A DNA stretch of 49,054 nucleotides from Bacteroidota bacterium (GTDB taxonomy: Bacteria; Bacteroidota; Bacteroidia; NS11-12g; UBA955): positions 1 through 49,054 of the forward strand of contig JBEDND010000023.1 in the NCBI GenBank assembly GCA_041170785.1. Direction: 5' to 3'. The position numbers and the translations under genes were made by a program. Positions 1 through 9,171 of this stretch are shown here, one piece after another (position 1 is the first letter of the stretch; each line of letters opens with the position of its first letter). Below the pieces are notes generated by a model. That model ran no database searches. It saw only the letters and a program-made list of their open reading frames with translations, and was not told the DNA's origin.

Positions 1-127
1 GTATTCATTAACTTAATTTAAATCGTACAATAAATTCGACAGAACAAGTGGTTGGTTCGGCATAAAGTTGTTTTTTCGGGATGAATGGCATAAGATTGTC
101 GCCCAATAACTATCAAACAACACGCCT

Positions 128-3100
128 ATGAAGAATTTCAAACCACTTCTCAAAGCGGTGATGTTGATCGGAGCATTCAGTGCGGTAAACGCCTGGGCTC
201 AGACCCGACTCATCGTGGGAACTGTGAAATCCGCTAAGGATCAGAGTTCTCTGGCAAACGTTTCCGTGACCGTGAAAGGTACGAACATCTCTACCTTCAC
301 CGACAACGAGGGGCGTTACGCCATCAATGCACCACAATCCGCGAAGCAGATTGTGTTCTTGCTGAACAACTACAAGGGAATTACTTCTGACATTCCTTCA
401 GGCTCGGATCCTTTGGATGTAATCATGGAAGAAGATCCCGTGGGCATGAGCACCATAACCATCACCGCTCTGGGCATCAGCCGTCAGCAGCGCGCTTTGG
501 GTTATGCTACTCAAAACGTTTCCGGTAAGGAAATCACCGGTTCCGGTGAGCAAAATGTGGTACAAGCCATCAGCTCCAAGGTAGCTGGTGCCTTCGTTCA
601 GGGTTCAGGTGGAACTCCAGGTGCTTCTGCGAAAATCATCCTTCGCGGTAATGCTACCTTCAATGGTAACAACCAGCCTCTGATGGTTGTTGATGGTGTG
701 CCCATCGACAACAGCACCTCACAAACCACGGCCGGTGACTATCCCTTCAACATGAACCTTCAAGGGGTAAACCAGTCAAACCGCGGTGTGGACATCAACC
801 CCGATGACGTAGAAAGCATCAACGTGCTGAAAGGCCCTGCTGCAGCGGCACTGTATGGTGTTCGCGGTGCGAACGGTGCCATCATCATCACCACCAAGCG
901 CGGCAAAGCCGGTCGCGGTGGTAAGAACTTCAGCGCTACCTTCTCCAGCTCGGTAGAATGGAGCAAGGTGAACAAACTGCCTGAAATCCAGATGGCCTAC
1001 GGTCAGGGTGGAACCGGTGGCGGTCGCCTGATTGACTCAGCAGGTGTGCGCAAAGCCTATGCAGGATTTGTTCCCCAAGGCTGGACCATTGTAGATGCCG
1101 GCGACCCAAGCTCAGGAACACCCGCCAGCTGGGGTCCTAAAGTGGCCAATCCCATCGACAACATGAAGGATTTCTTCCAGACCGGTGTAGCATACAACAA
1201 CAACTTCTCCATCAATGCAGGTGGTGAACGCACAACCGTTCGCGCTTCTATTGGAAACCTTCGCCAAAGCGGTATTGTTCCAAACACCGAGTTCAAGCGT
1301 ACCAGCGTTCGTGTGAACACCGATACACGTTTGACCAATAAAATCAGCTTCGGAAGCTCCATCAACTTCATCAACAGCGGTGGCATCAGGGCACAAAACG
1401 GAAGTAACCTTTCCGGCATTATGTTGTCTATCCTGCGCAGCCCGGTTGATTTCAACCTGCGCGGTGGCCAGGGTGAAGACTATTGGAAAAACCCCGATGG
1501 AAGCAACTATACCTACCTTCCTTTCTATGACAACCCTTACTGGTCGGCCTACGAAAATCCATTCACCGACGATGTGAACCGTATTTTGGGCAATACCTAC
1601 ATCACCTATCGTCCTCTGGACTGGATTGATGTAACTTACCGTGTTGGTATTGACCAATACACCGACACCCGCAAGCAGATTTTTGCGGTGGGTTCTAACC
1701 AGCCTGACAATGCTCCCGGTGGAGAAATCAACGAAAACATCCAGCGCTACAAGGAATTCTACAGCGACCTGCTGATTACCGCCCGTCGTGAACTGAATGA
1801 AGACCTGAACCTGAACGTGATTTTGGGTAACAACCTGAACAACCGTTTCAGCTCTGACCAGTTCCTCCGTGGCCGCGACCTGGCCATTCCGAATTTCTAC
1901 AACCTGAGCAATGCCTCTAACCTGTATGCAAGCTCCGGCACCGGCCGCGTGAAAACCGCAGCGATGTACCTGAACGCTGAACTGGCGTACAAGAGCATGT
2001 TGTACCTGAACGTAACCGGCCGTAACGAATGGGCTTCTACCTTCGGCACCGCCAAGAGCAGCTTCTTCTATCCTTCTGCCAACGCTTCATTCGTATTTAC
2101 CGAAGCCATCGGCACCAACAACATCCTGAGCTACGGTAAAATGCGTATTGCTTATGCACAGGCAGGTATCAACCCACCTGCATACGCTACCCGTACCTAT
2201 TACACCCAGCCCACCTTCACCGATGGATTCACTTCAGGTTTGAACTTCCCTTACCTGGGCATGAACGGTTTCGGTCAGAGCAACGGTTTGGGTAACAGCG
2301 CCCTGGAGCCTGAGCGCAACACCGGTATGGAAATCGGATTTGACCTCCGCTTCCTGAAGGGCCGTGCCACCCTGGACGTAACCCTGTACAACCAGAAATC
2401 TACCAACATCATCCTTGGCATGCCGCTGGCGCCTTCTACCGGTTACAGCAGCGTAGTGCAGAACGCCGGCGAAATGCAGAACAAGGGTATCGAACTGGTG
2501 ATTGGAGCTACTCCTGTTAAAACAGACAAATTCACCTGGGACATCAACCTGAACTGGGCCAGCAACAGAAACGAAGTGTTGAAACTTGCTCCCGGTGTGG
2601 ATGAAATCAGCACCGAAGCTGCATTTGCATCAAACGGTTCTTATGCCATCGTGGGTGAACCTTACGGGGTAATCTACGGAACCAAGTGGCGCCGCAACGA
2701 AGCAGGTGAACTGCTGATTGGAGCCAACGGTCTTCCACTGGTTGATCCCAAGCGCGGACGTATTGGAAGCCCTTATCCAAAATGGTATGGTGGCCTGCGC
2801 AATACCCTGAGCTACAAAGGTGTAAACCTTACCTTCCTGTGGGACGTGCGTGAAGGCGGCGAAATCTGGAACGGAACCTGGGGCCGCATGATGCAGCTGG
2901 GCCGTACCAAAGAATCTGAAGCACGCGACCGCGAATACCTGATCGAAGGTGTACGCGCCAGCGATGGACAGCCCAATGAGCGCAAAGTGAGCGCTTACGA
3001 CTACTTCCGTACCTTCAAAGGCGATGCCGGATCTTATGCATCTGAAAACGCCATTCAGGATGGAAGCTGGGTGCGTCTGCGTGAACTGGGTGTAAGCTAC

Positions 3101-3298
3101 AATGTGAAGGTGGGAAGCAAATTCCTGCAGAGCGTTGACCTGGGAATCACCGGCAAAAACGTACTGCTCTTCACCGATTATACCGGTGTTGACCCAGAAA
3201 CATCACTTACCGGCGCAGGTTCCAACATCGGCGGTTTCGATTACTTCAACAACCCCGGCATGAAATCCTGGATTGCCAACGTTAAATTCAACTTCTAA
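128..3298 (+). CDS. SusC/RagA-family TonB-dependent outer-membrane transporter
   Basis: 1056-aa ORF with signal peptide MKNFKPLLKAVMLIGAFSAVNAWAQ. N-terminal carboxypeptidase-regulatory-like segment (IVGTVKSAKDQSSLANVSVTVKGT..DNEGRY). Plug segment ITALGISRQQRALGYATQNVSG is typical of the SusC subfamily. Long beta-barrel ends in an aromatic residue (..KFNF). A SusD-like gene follows 26 nt downstream. Confidence 0.9.
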   Translation: MKNFKPLLKAVMLIGAFSAVNAWAQTRLIVGTVKSAKDQSSLANVSVTVKGTNISTFTDNEGRYAINAPQSAKQIVFLLNNYKGITSDIPSGSDPLDVIMEEDPVGMSTITITALGISRQQRALGYATQNVSGKEITGSGEQNVVQAISSKVAGAFVQGSGGTPGASAKIILRGNATFNGNNQPLMVVDGVPIDNSTSQTTAGDYPFNMNLQGVNQSNRGVDINPDDVESINVLKGPAAAALYGVRGANGAIIITTKRGKAGRGGKNFSATFSSSVEWSKVNKLPEIQMAYGQGGTGGGRLIDSAGVRKAYAGFVPQGWTIVDAGDPSSGTPASWGPKVANPIDNMKDFFQTGVAYNNNFSINAGGERTTVRASIGNLRQSGIVPNTEFKRTSVRVNTDTRLTNKISFGSSINFINSGGIRAQNGSNLSGIMLSILRSPVDFNLRGGQGEDYWKNPDGSNYTYLPFYDNPYWSAYENPFTDDVNRILGNTYITYRPLDWIDVTYRVGIDQYTDTRKQIFAVGSNQPDNAPGGEINENIQRYKEFYSDLLITARRELNEDLNLNVILGNNLNNRFSSDQFLRGRDLAIPNFYNLSNASNLYASSGTGRVKTAAMYLNAELAYKSMLYLNVTGRNEWASTFGTAKSSFFYPSANASFVFTEAIGTNNILSYGKMRIAYAQAGINPPAYATRTYYTQPTFTDGFTSGLNFPYLGMNGFGQSNGLGNSALEPERNTGMEIGFDLRFLKGRATLDVTLYNQKSTNIILGMPLAPSTGYSSVVQNAGEMQNKGIELVIGATPVKTDKFTWDINLNWASNRNEVLKLAPGVDEISTEAAFASNGSYAIVGEPYGVIYGTKWRRNEAGELLIGANGLPLVDPKRGRIGSPYPKWYGGLRNTLSYKGVNLTFLWDVREGGEIWNGTWGRMMQLGRTKESEARDREYLIEGVRASDGQPNERKVSAYDYFRTFKGDAGSYASENAIQDGSWVRLRELGVSYNVKVGSKFLQSVDLGITGKNVLLFTDYTGVDPETSLTGAGSNIGGFDYFNNPGMKSWIANVKFNF

Positions 3299-3324
3299 TC
3301 CATCCTGAAGCAAGAACAAAAATT

Positions 3325-4710
3325 ATGAAAAAGACAAGCCTTTTTATCGCAATGGGCGTTCTGCTGTTCTCAGCAGGATGTAAGAAATATGTAGAAGGTG
3401 AGGACATTTCTCCAAATGCTCCGGCCGCCGCTACTCCTCCGCTGATTCTATCAGCATCTGAACTGTCAGTGTTTGCCACCTACGGTGGCAACCTGGGCCG
3501 CATCACTTCTATGTGGGCACAACAAAATGCCGGCTGCCAGTTTCAGTCTGAAGCACACGACCAATATTTCGTGGATGAAGGAGATATAGGCAACGAATGG
3601 GATGTCATCTACACCCGCGGCCTGAAAAACCTCCGCATCCTGAAAAATCAGGCCGGTGCTGCAAACCCAACCTATCAGGGTATTTCCAATGTACTTACCG
3701 CATTGATGCTGGGAACCGCTACAGATTTATGGGGTGATGTTCCTTACAGCGACGCACTGAAAGGTGAAGACCTCCAGCTTTCTGCGGCTTACGACAAACA
3801 GGAAGATGTACTCAAAACCATCCAAAACCTGCTGACTGAAGGTGTAAGCCTGCTGAGCAAAGGTGATGATGTGATTATTCCCGGTGCCGATGACTACATC
3901 TACGGTGGCGACAACGAAAAATGGATTGGATTGGCCTACATGCTGAAAGCGCGTTACCACATGCGTACCAGCAAGCGCAACAGCACTTGGCATACAGACG
4001 CCCTGAAAGCCATTGACAGCGCCAGAGCCCATGGTGTTACTTCTGAAGCTGCCGATGCCAATTGTATCTTCGGTACCAACTCCAACGAATACAACCAGTG
4101 GTATGCATTCGTGAAGGTTTCACGCCGCAACTACATCAAGGCAGGCAAAACCTTTACCGACCTGATGAACAGCATCAACGACCCACGTCGCGCTGCCTAC
4201 TTCACCAAGAACGACAGCGGTCGCTATGAAGGTTCTGCACTGGGTTCCAGCAACCTGAGAAACGTTTCTGAAATTGGCAGCTACTTTGCCAGCCCTTCAA
4301 GCGTAACTCCGCTGGCTACTTATGTAGAAAGTATGTTCATCGAAGCAGAAGCAGCACTGGCCGCCGGCGACAAAGGCCGCGCAGCTATGGCACACAACGA
4401 TGCCATCAAGGCACACCTGTCACAGGTTACCGGATCTGCCGACCCTGCGTATGTAGCCGCTCAGGCCAGCGAAACCGCTGCCAGCATCACCCTGGAAAAA
4501 ATCATGACACATAAATATGTGGCTGGTTATACCATGATGGAGCCCTACCACGACTGGCGCCGCACAGGCATCCCTGCCCTGGTGAAAAACCCGAACTCCA
4601 ACCTGAGCGGTATTGCCCGCCGTTTGCCAACCTCTATCGACGAGCGTTTGTACAACACCAAGGCTACCGTTGTTCAGAATCTGATGGAGCCCGTTTGGTG
4701 GGATCAATAA
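3325..4710 (+). CDS. SusD/RagB-family nutrient-binding outer-membrane lipoprotein
   Basis: 461-aa ORF directly after the SusC gene. Lipoprotein signal with lipobox (LLFSAGC). Helical, TPR-like composition. C-terminal W/R-rich segment (YHDWRRTGIP..RLP) is typical of SusD-like proteins. Confidence 0.8.
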   Translation: MKKTSLFIAMGVLLFSAGCKKYVEGEDISPNAPAAATPPLILSASELSVFATYGGNLGRITSMWAQQNAGCQFQSEAHDQYFVDEGDIGNEWDVIYTRGLKNLRILKNQAGAANPTYQGISNVLTALMLGTATDLWGDVPYSDALKGEDLQLSAAYDKQEDVLKTIQNLLTEGVSLLSKGDDVIIPGADDYIYGGDNEKWIGLAYMLKARYHMRTSKRNSTWHTDALKAIDSARAHGVTSEAADANCIFGTNSNEYNQWYAFVKVSRRNYIKAGKTFTDLMNSINDPRRAAYFTKNDSGRYEGSALGSSNLRNVSEIGSYFASPSSVTPLATYVESMFIEAEAALAAGDKGRAAMAHNDAIKAHLSQVTGSADPAYVAAQASETAASITLEKIMTHKYVAGYTMMEPYHDWRRTGIPALVKNPNSNLSGIARRLPTSIDERLYNTKATVVQNLMEPVWWDQ

Positions 4711-4733
4711 TCCCATCGATTCAGCTATGAAAG

Positions 4734-4766
4734 AAAAAGGCCGGTTTTACCGGCCTTTTTCTTTTT
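4734..4766. terminator. Bidirectional intrinsic terminator between convergent susD-like and tilS genes
   Basis: Perfect hairpin AAAAAGGCCGG-TTTTA-CCGGCCTTTTT, flanked by an A-run upstream and a T-run downstream. Confidence 0.75.
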
Positions 4767-4848
4767 AAAATTTCGAAAAAAACTTCCCGAAAGGCTTCAC
4801 CCTGAACCCCTCAAAGGGCCGTTGTTGATGGTTGCTTGAAAATAATCC

Positions 4849-6201
4849 TTATTCCCGCCAGGAAACCACAAGCACGGTTTTACTGCATTCCGTAACCTTG
4901 AACGCGCCAGACCGAATCAAGCCGGGTATGCACAACAGTTCCGATCCTGAATATACTAAGGGCATTAAGCGCCTTTGAAACATTGGAACATGCATGTTCG
5001 TGAACACATCGCTGACTTTGGTGTGCCCCCCTGAAAACCGCAACATACGGTCGCCCGGCAGCACACTGCGCACAACCAATGGCCACTTCAGCCCTTCCGC
5101 ATCGAAATGCAACCATGTTGCGTTTCGTGGTAAATCATTGGCCAAAGCCACAGGCAACAACTGGATGCTGATTTCTTGTCCCAGCCAGTCCACGGTGGTT
5201 TGTTCCGGGCTGAGGTATTTCGTGGGCCGCGCTCCCTTGCTCAATGGAAGCAGAAACCATCCATCGCGATGGCTGTATAGTTCCCAGTCAGACTTTCCGC
5301 GAAAGCGGAGTCCGTTTTTTTCACCTGAAGCAAAAATACGCGCCGACAGTTCGGCATGAAACCCAAAAGAAGCCAAGTATTGCTTCAGCCAAAACAAACC
5401 CAGTGGCGCTTTCAAGATGTCTTCCCGCTTCAACTGCTGCTGCTGATTGGTTCCCCGAAGTACAAAACGGGCATCAAGCCGCTTGATGGCTGTGCGAAAG
5501 GACGTAAATACTGCATGGTGTAACGCCAACGCCTTAGCAAAGCGCGCATAGGCGGCGGAATCTTCCTTTTTGAGCTCCGGAATAGCCTGCAACCGGAACC
5601 TGTTGCGCGTGTAATCAAGCGAAGCATTGCTGCGGTCTTCACGCCACGTGATTCCTTCAGCCTCCGCATAGGCACGCAATTCCTTCCTGTCTGTGAAGAG
5701 CAATGGTCTTACAATAACTGCGCTCCCCTCTTCACGGCCAAGGATCCTACGCTCAGGCATCCCGGCCAGAGCGCTCAGCATATTTCCCCGCTTACGGTAC
5801 ATCCAAAAATGCTCTTCCTGGTCATCGCGATGATGCGCCAGTGCAACCACCGGGTATCCGTATTCGCGGCACAGTTCCCCGAATACGCGATAGCGCCAGG
5901 CACGTGCGGACTGCTGAATTTCTGCTTTGGGCAAGCCTTGCATGAAGGCCGAAGCATCGGAAAGATGACAAGGCATGTTCAGCCGGGCTGCCAGCTCCTG
6001 TACAAATTGCATGTCGCCCACACTTTCTGCACCACGCATTCCATAATACACATGCGCCACAGCACAGGGAATTCCTGCACGGTGAAACAAGTAAGCCATG
6101 ACCGTGGAATCCATTCCGCCGCTGAGCGCCAACAACACAGGTGCGTTCTGTTCGGCATGAATGCCCAGCATGGATATGTATTGCCTGAACTTGTTTAGCA
6201 C
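4849..6201 (-). CDS. tilS: tRNA(Ile)-lysidine synthetase
   Basis: 450-aa ORF with N-terminal PP-loop ATPase motif LALSGGMDSTVMAYLF. Its length and C-terminal substrate-binding-type region fit TilS. Confidence 0.85.
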   Translation of the reverse strand: MLNKFRQYISMLGIHAEQNAPVLLALSGGMDSTVMAYLFHRAGIPCAVAHVYYGMRGAESVGDMQFVQELAARLNMPCHLSDASAFMQGLPKAEIQQSARAWRYRVFGELCREYGYPVVALAHHRDDQEEHFWMYRKRGNMLSALAGMPERRILGREEGSAVIVRPLLFTDRKELRAYAEAEGITWREDRSNASLDYTRNRFRLQAIPELKKEDSAAYARFAKALALHHAVFTSFRTAIKRLDARFVLRGTNQQQQLKREDILKAPLGLFWLKQYLASFGFHAELSARIFASGEKNGLRFRGKSDWELYSHRDGWFLLPLSKGARPTKYLSPEQTTVDWLGQEISIQLLPVALANDLPRNATWLHFDAEGLKWPLVVRSVLPGDRMLRFSGGHTKVSDVFTNMHVPMFQRRLMPLVYSGSELLCIPGLIRSGAFKVTECSKTVLVVSWRE

Positions 6202-6213
6202 GTTATTTGCGCT

Positions 6214-7830
6214 TTGAACGTGTTGCGCTTTCTTCCTTCAAAGATAATCACGCTTGCAGCCATGCTTGGTTGCTGTTTGTCGCTGTCTGCCCAGCCTGTG
6301 GGCTTGCAGGGTGACCAGTTGACTTTTGAATCTTCCGGCGGGAAGCGTCTGCAGATTTTGGAGGGAAATGTACATTTCGAGCAGGACGGCAACGATGTGT
6401 ACTGCGACCGCGCCGAATACGAGCTGAATACCAACCAGCTATACGGAACCGGAAATGTGCGTGTGCTGAGTAAAGATGGCGTCACCGTGAACGGCGGCGT
6501 GATCCGCTACGATGCCAACTCCAAGGTGGCTCGGATTGAACAAGATGTTGTTCTAACGGACGGCGAGATGGTGCTGAAAACACCCTGGATCAGCTACAAT
6601 ACCACCACGCGCATCGGCTTCTACAATCAGGGTGGGCATATTGTTAACGGCGATATTGACCTGAAAAGCGGTTCCGGCTCGTACAATCCGGCGAACAAAA
6701 CCCTGTACTTCAGGCGGAACGTAGTGCTGTTGCATCCGGAATACAGCATGTACGGCGACACCCTGCAGTACAATACAGCCACACGTACAGCCTGGTTTTT
6801 CGGTCCAACAGAAATCAGAAGCGAAGACAACACCATTTTCTGCAATTACGGCTGGTACAACACCCGCAGCGGCAAGTCTCAGTTCACCAAAGATGTGGTG
6901 ATTTATTCCAAAGAAAACATCCTTCGCGCCGACAGCATGAGCTATAACCGCGAGGCGGGAACCGGAAATGCCGTGGGTAACCTGGTGCTGCGCGATACCG
7001 CCCAAGGCCTCTTCATCTACGGCAGCAGCGGCCGCTACAATCGTTTGGAGCGCTATTCGGGCGTGTACGGAAACCCCGTAGCGCGCCGGCTGGAGCCCGG
7101 TGGCGATACCATGTACCTGAAAGCCGACACCTTTGTGTATTTGCAGGACAGCAGCCGCAAGGGCGGTTTGCTCAAGGCGTATCAAAGGGCAAGGGTTTTA
7201 CAGTTGGCCTACGCCGCCGCCTGTGATTCTTTGGTGTATTCCGCTCACGACAGTTTGTTTACGCTGCACGGCACCCCGATGATGTGGAATGAACAAACCC
7301 AAATCAGCGGAGATACCATCAGGCTCTTGATGAAAAACAGAAGCATTGATAAGGTGCTTTTGCGCCGAAACAGTTTTGTGGCCATGAAGGAAGACAGCCT
7401 GCACTTCAGCCAGATTTCGGGCAACGACATGGAACACCTGTTTGGTGCCGATCGAAAAATTAGGAAAACCAAGGTTTTGGGTGATGGGAAAAGCGTGTAT
7501 TTCATCAAAAACGACGACGGCAGCTTGGGCAGTGCCAATGTGATCTCCTGTGGTGAAATGACGTTTTACTTCGACTCTTCACGCATCAGCGAAGTGCGTT
7601 TTTATGGAAGCCCCGCAGGAAATGTGTATCCACTAAACCAACTTCCGGAAGGCAAGGCCGTGTTGCCCGGATTAAACTGGCTGGAAACTGCCAAACCCAG
7701 ACTTGAGGAATTTGCCATCACTGGAGGCTGGCCGGTTTTGCCTTCGGCAGAAGCGAAACGCGCCAACCTGAAACAGGGCAAAGAACCCAAACCCTTGCAA
7801 CAGGACCGGCCTAAAAAAGTAAAGCGCTGA
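6214..7830 (+). CDS. OstA/LptD-N-terminal-like repeat protein (periplasmic or outer membrane)
   Basis: 538-aa ORF with a signal-like N-terminus. Repeated OstA-like pattern (LEGNVHFEQDGNDVYCDRAEYELNTNQLYGTGNVRV; later GNAVGNLVLRD..). Lys/Pro-rich C-terminal tail. The ORF-track start is a TTG codon, and GTG at 6220 is also possible. Confidence 0.6.
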   Translation: MNVLRFLPSKIITLAAMLGCCLSLSAQPVGLQGDQLTFESSGGKRLQILEGNVHFEQDGNDVYCDRAEYELNTNQLYGTGNVRVLSKDGVTVNGGVIRYDANSKVARIEQDVVLTDGEMVLKTPWISYNTTTRIGFYNQGGHIVNGDIDLKSGSGSYNPANKTLYFRRNVVLLHPEYSMYGDTLQYNTATRTAWFFGPTEIRSEDNTIFCNYGWYNTRSGKSQFTKDVVIYSKENILRADSMSYNREAGTGNAVGNLVLRDTAQGLFIYGSSGRYNRLERYSGVYGNPVARRLEPGGDTMYLKADTFVYLQDSSRKGGLLKAYQRARVLQLAYAAACDSLVYSAHDSLFTLHGTPMMWNEQTQISGDTIRLLMKNRSIDKVLLRRNSFVAMKEDSLHFSQISGNDMEHLFGADRKIRKTKVLGDGKSVYFIKNDDGSLGSANVISCGEMTFYFDSSRISEVRFYGSPAGNVYPLNQLPEGKAVLPGLNWLETAKPRLEEFAITGGWPVLPSAEAKRANLKQGKEPKPLQQDRPKKVKR

Positions 7831-7885
7831 ACATGAATGGAATGAAGATGTAGGCTTATTTGCCGGTATTTTCGATATTCCCGCT

Positions 7886-8638
7886 ATGATACATAGCTCA
7901 GGGGAACTGGTTCATGCCCTTAATCATCAGGTTGAAACGGCCATTGGCCTTAAATCGGCAACAGGGTATTTTACCGCGCTTTATGTCCGCATGAGCCGGG
8001 CGGTAGTTCAGGGAATTGCCTCAGGTCGCTTTGAGGACGGTCCGCGCATGGAACGCCTGATGGTGGTATTCGGGAATCGCTATTTGTATGCGCTGGAGCA
8101 ATGGAAGCAGGCTCAAGACCCCGGCATGGCATGGAGCAAAGCATTTAACGCCTGCACTGCCAATCAGGTATGCATCCTGCAGCATTTAATGCTGGGCATC
8201 AACGCGCATATCAATCTTGACTTAGGTATTGCCGCCGGACAAATTGCGCCCGGAGCCGCCATTCAGGAGCTCAGGAGCGATTTTGAAACCATCAACAAAG
8301 TGATTGCCGGCTTGGTTGATCAGGTGCAGGATAAACTTTCGCGCCTGAGTTGGCCTATGCGCCTGCTGGACCGGCTAGCAGGAACGGGCGATGAACAGGT
8401 AGCAAATTTCAGCATCCACGTGGCACGTACTGCTGCCTGGCAGGTTGCTGTAACGTATGCAGGACTCAGCGATGAAGCCGGGCGCCGGGCCTGTATCACA
8501 GAAGTAGACCGGCTGACGGCTGCCCTTGCGGAACGCATCATGCATCCCGGTTTCCTGCCCAACCTGATTCTGAAGCCGGTAAAGTGGTTTGAACCCCATG
8601 ATATAGTCGGAAACATCAAAATGCTGATGCAGGATTAA
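7886..8638 (+). CDS. DUF5995-family protein (function unknown)
   Basis: 250-aa ORF. The segments FTALYVRMSRAV, FGNRYLYA and LMLGINAHINLDLGIA match my recollection of the DUF5995 signature. This was not verified by search. Confidence 0.5.
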   Translation: MIHSSGELVHALNHQVETAIGLKSATGYFTALYVRMSRAVVQGIASGRFEDGPRMERLMVVFGNRYLYALEQWKQAQDPGMAWSKAFNACTANQVCILQHLMLGINAHINLDLGIAAGQIAPGAAIQELRSDFETINKVIAGLVDQVQDKLSRLSWPMRLLDRLAGTGDEQVANFSIHVARTAAWQVAVTYAGLSDEAGRRACITEVDRLTAALAERIMHPGFLPNLILKPVKWFEPHDIVGNIKMLMQD

Positions 8639-8692
8639 TTGGCATCTGAGAGGAAAAATGAATGAAGATGGCCGGTCGCAGCCTGCCTGCGG

Positions 8693-8902
8693 TCAAACCT
8701 TCTTCACAAATTCACAGCGCAGCACAATGGCTGTTTTCTGAATGCGGCAATCGATTTCCGCCGGGTCGTCGGTGAGGCGAATATTGCCCACCTTGGTACC
8801 CCGCTTCAAGGTGGTGTTCATGCCTTTCACCTTTAGGTCTTTGATGAGGATGACGCTGTCGCCGTCCTGCAATACATTGCCGTTGCTGTCTTTTACGTCC
8901 AT
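8693..8902 (-). CDS. PhnA/YjdM C-terminal-domain-only small protein
   Basis: 69-aa [51 protein letters not shown] closely parallels the C-terminal domain of E. coli YjdM/PhnA. The N-terminal zinc ribbon is absent. Confidence 0.75.
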   Translation of the reverse strand: MDVKDSNGNVLQDGDSVILIKDLKVKGMNTTLKRGTKVGNIRLTDDPAEIDCRIQKTAIVLRCEFVKKV

Positions 8903-9171
8903 AAATGCACACCAAAGATAAAGTCTGATAGCGCTTCAGAAGCCAGCAATGACAAGCATCATCTCCCACCCAGCATTTGAATGAAAACAACTCGCTTCTT
9001 ACCTGAACTCCTTGCCACTAAAATTTTTTCATAACACTCCGATTTGGGGGCAAAACAGGCTTTCGCAGACCCTGCAGTTATCACCCTTTGATGAAGCATC
9101 CGAACAAATAGGCTTCAAATGCACATCCACCTCATGAAGCTGGGTAAGCTTTTTTTCCATTGCTTCGCAGC

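Noticed and set aside
32-43. 12-mer AAATTCGACAGA shared between the region upstream of susC (32-43) and the region upstream of ndk (11829-11840), as a possible regulatory site
   Set aside because: Dozens of chance 12-mer coincidences are expected in a 49-kb window. There is no palindromic structure and no third copy at other promoters.
6553-7185. 210-aa minus-strand ORF inside the OstA-like gene. The same type occurs at 11777-12394 over ndk and at 22462-22983 over der.
   Set aside because: All are antisense shadows of genes with strong motif support, and none has a signal, motif or plausible start context.
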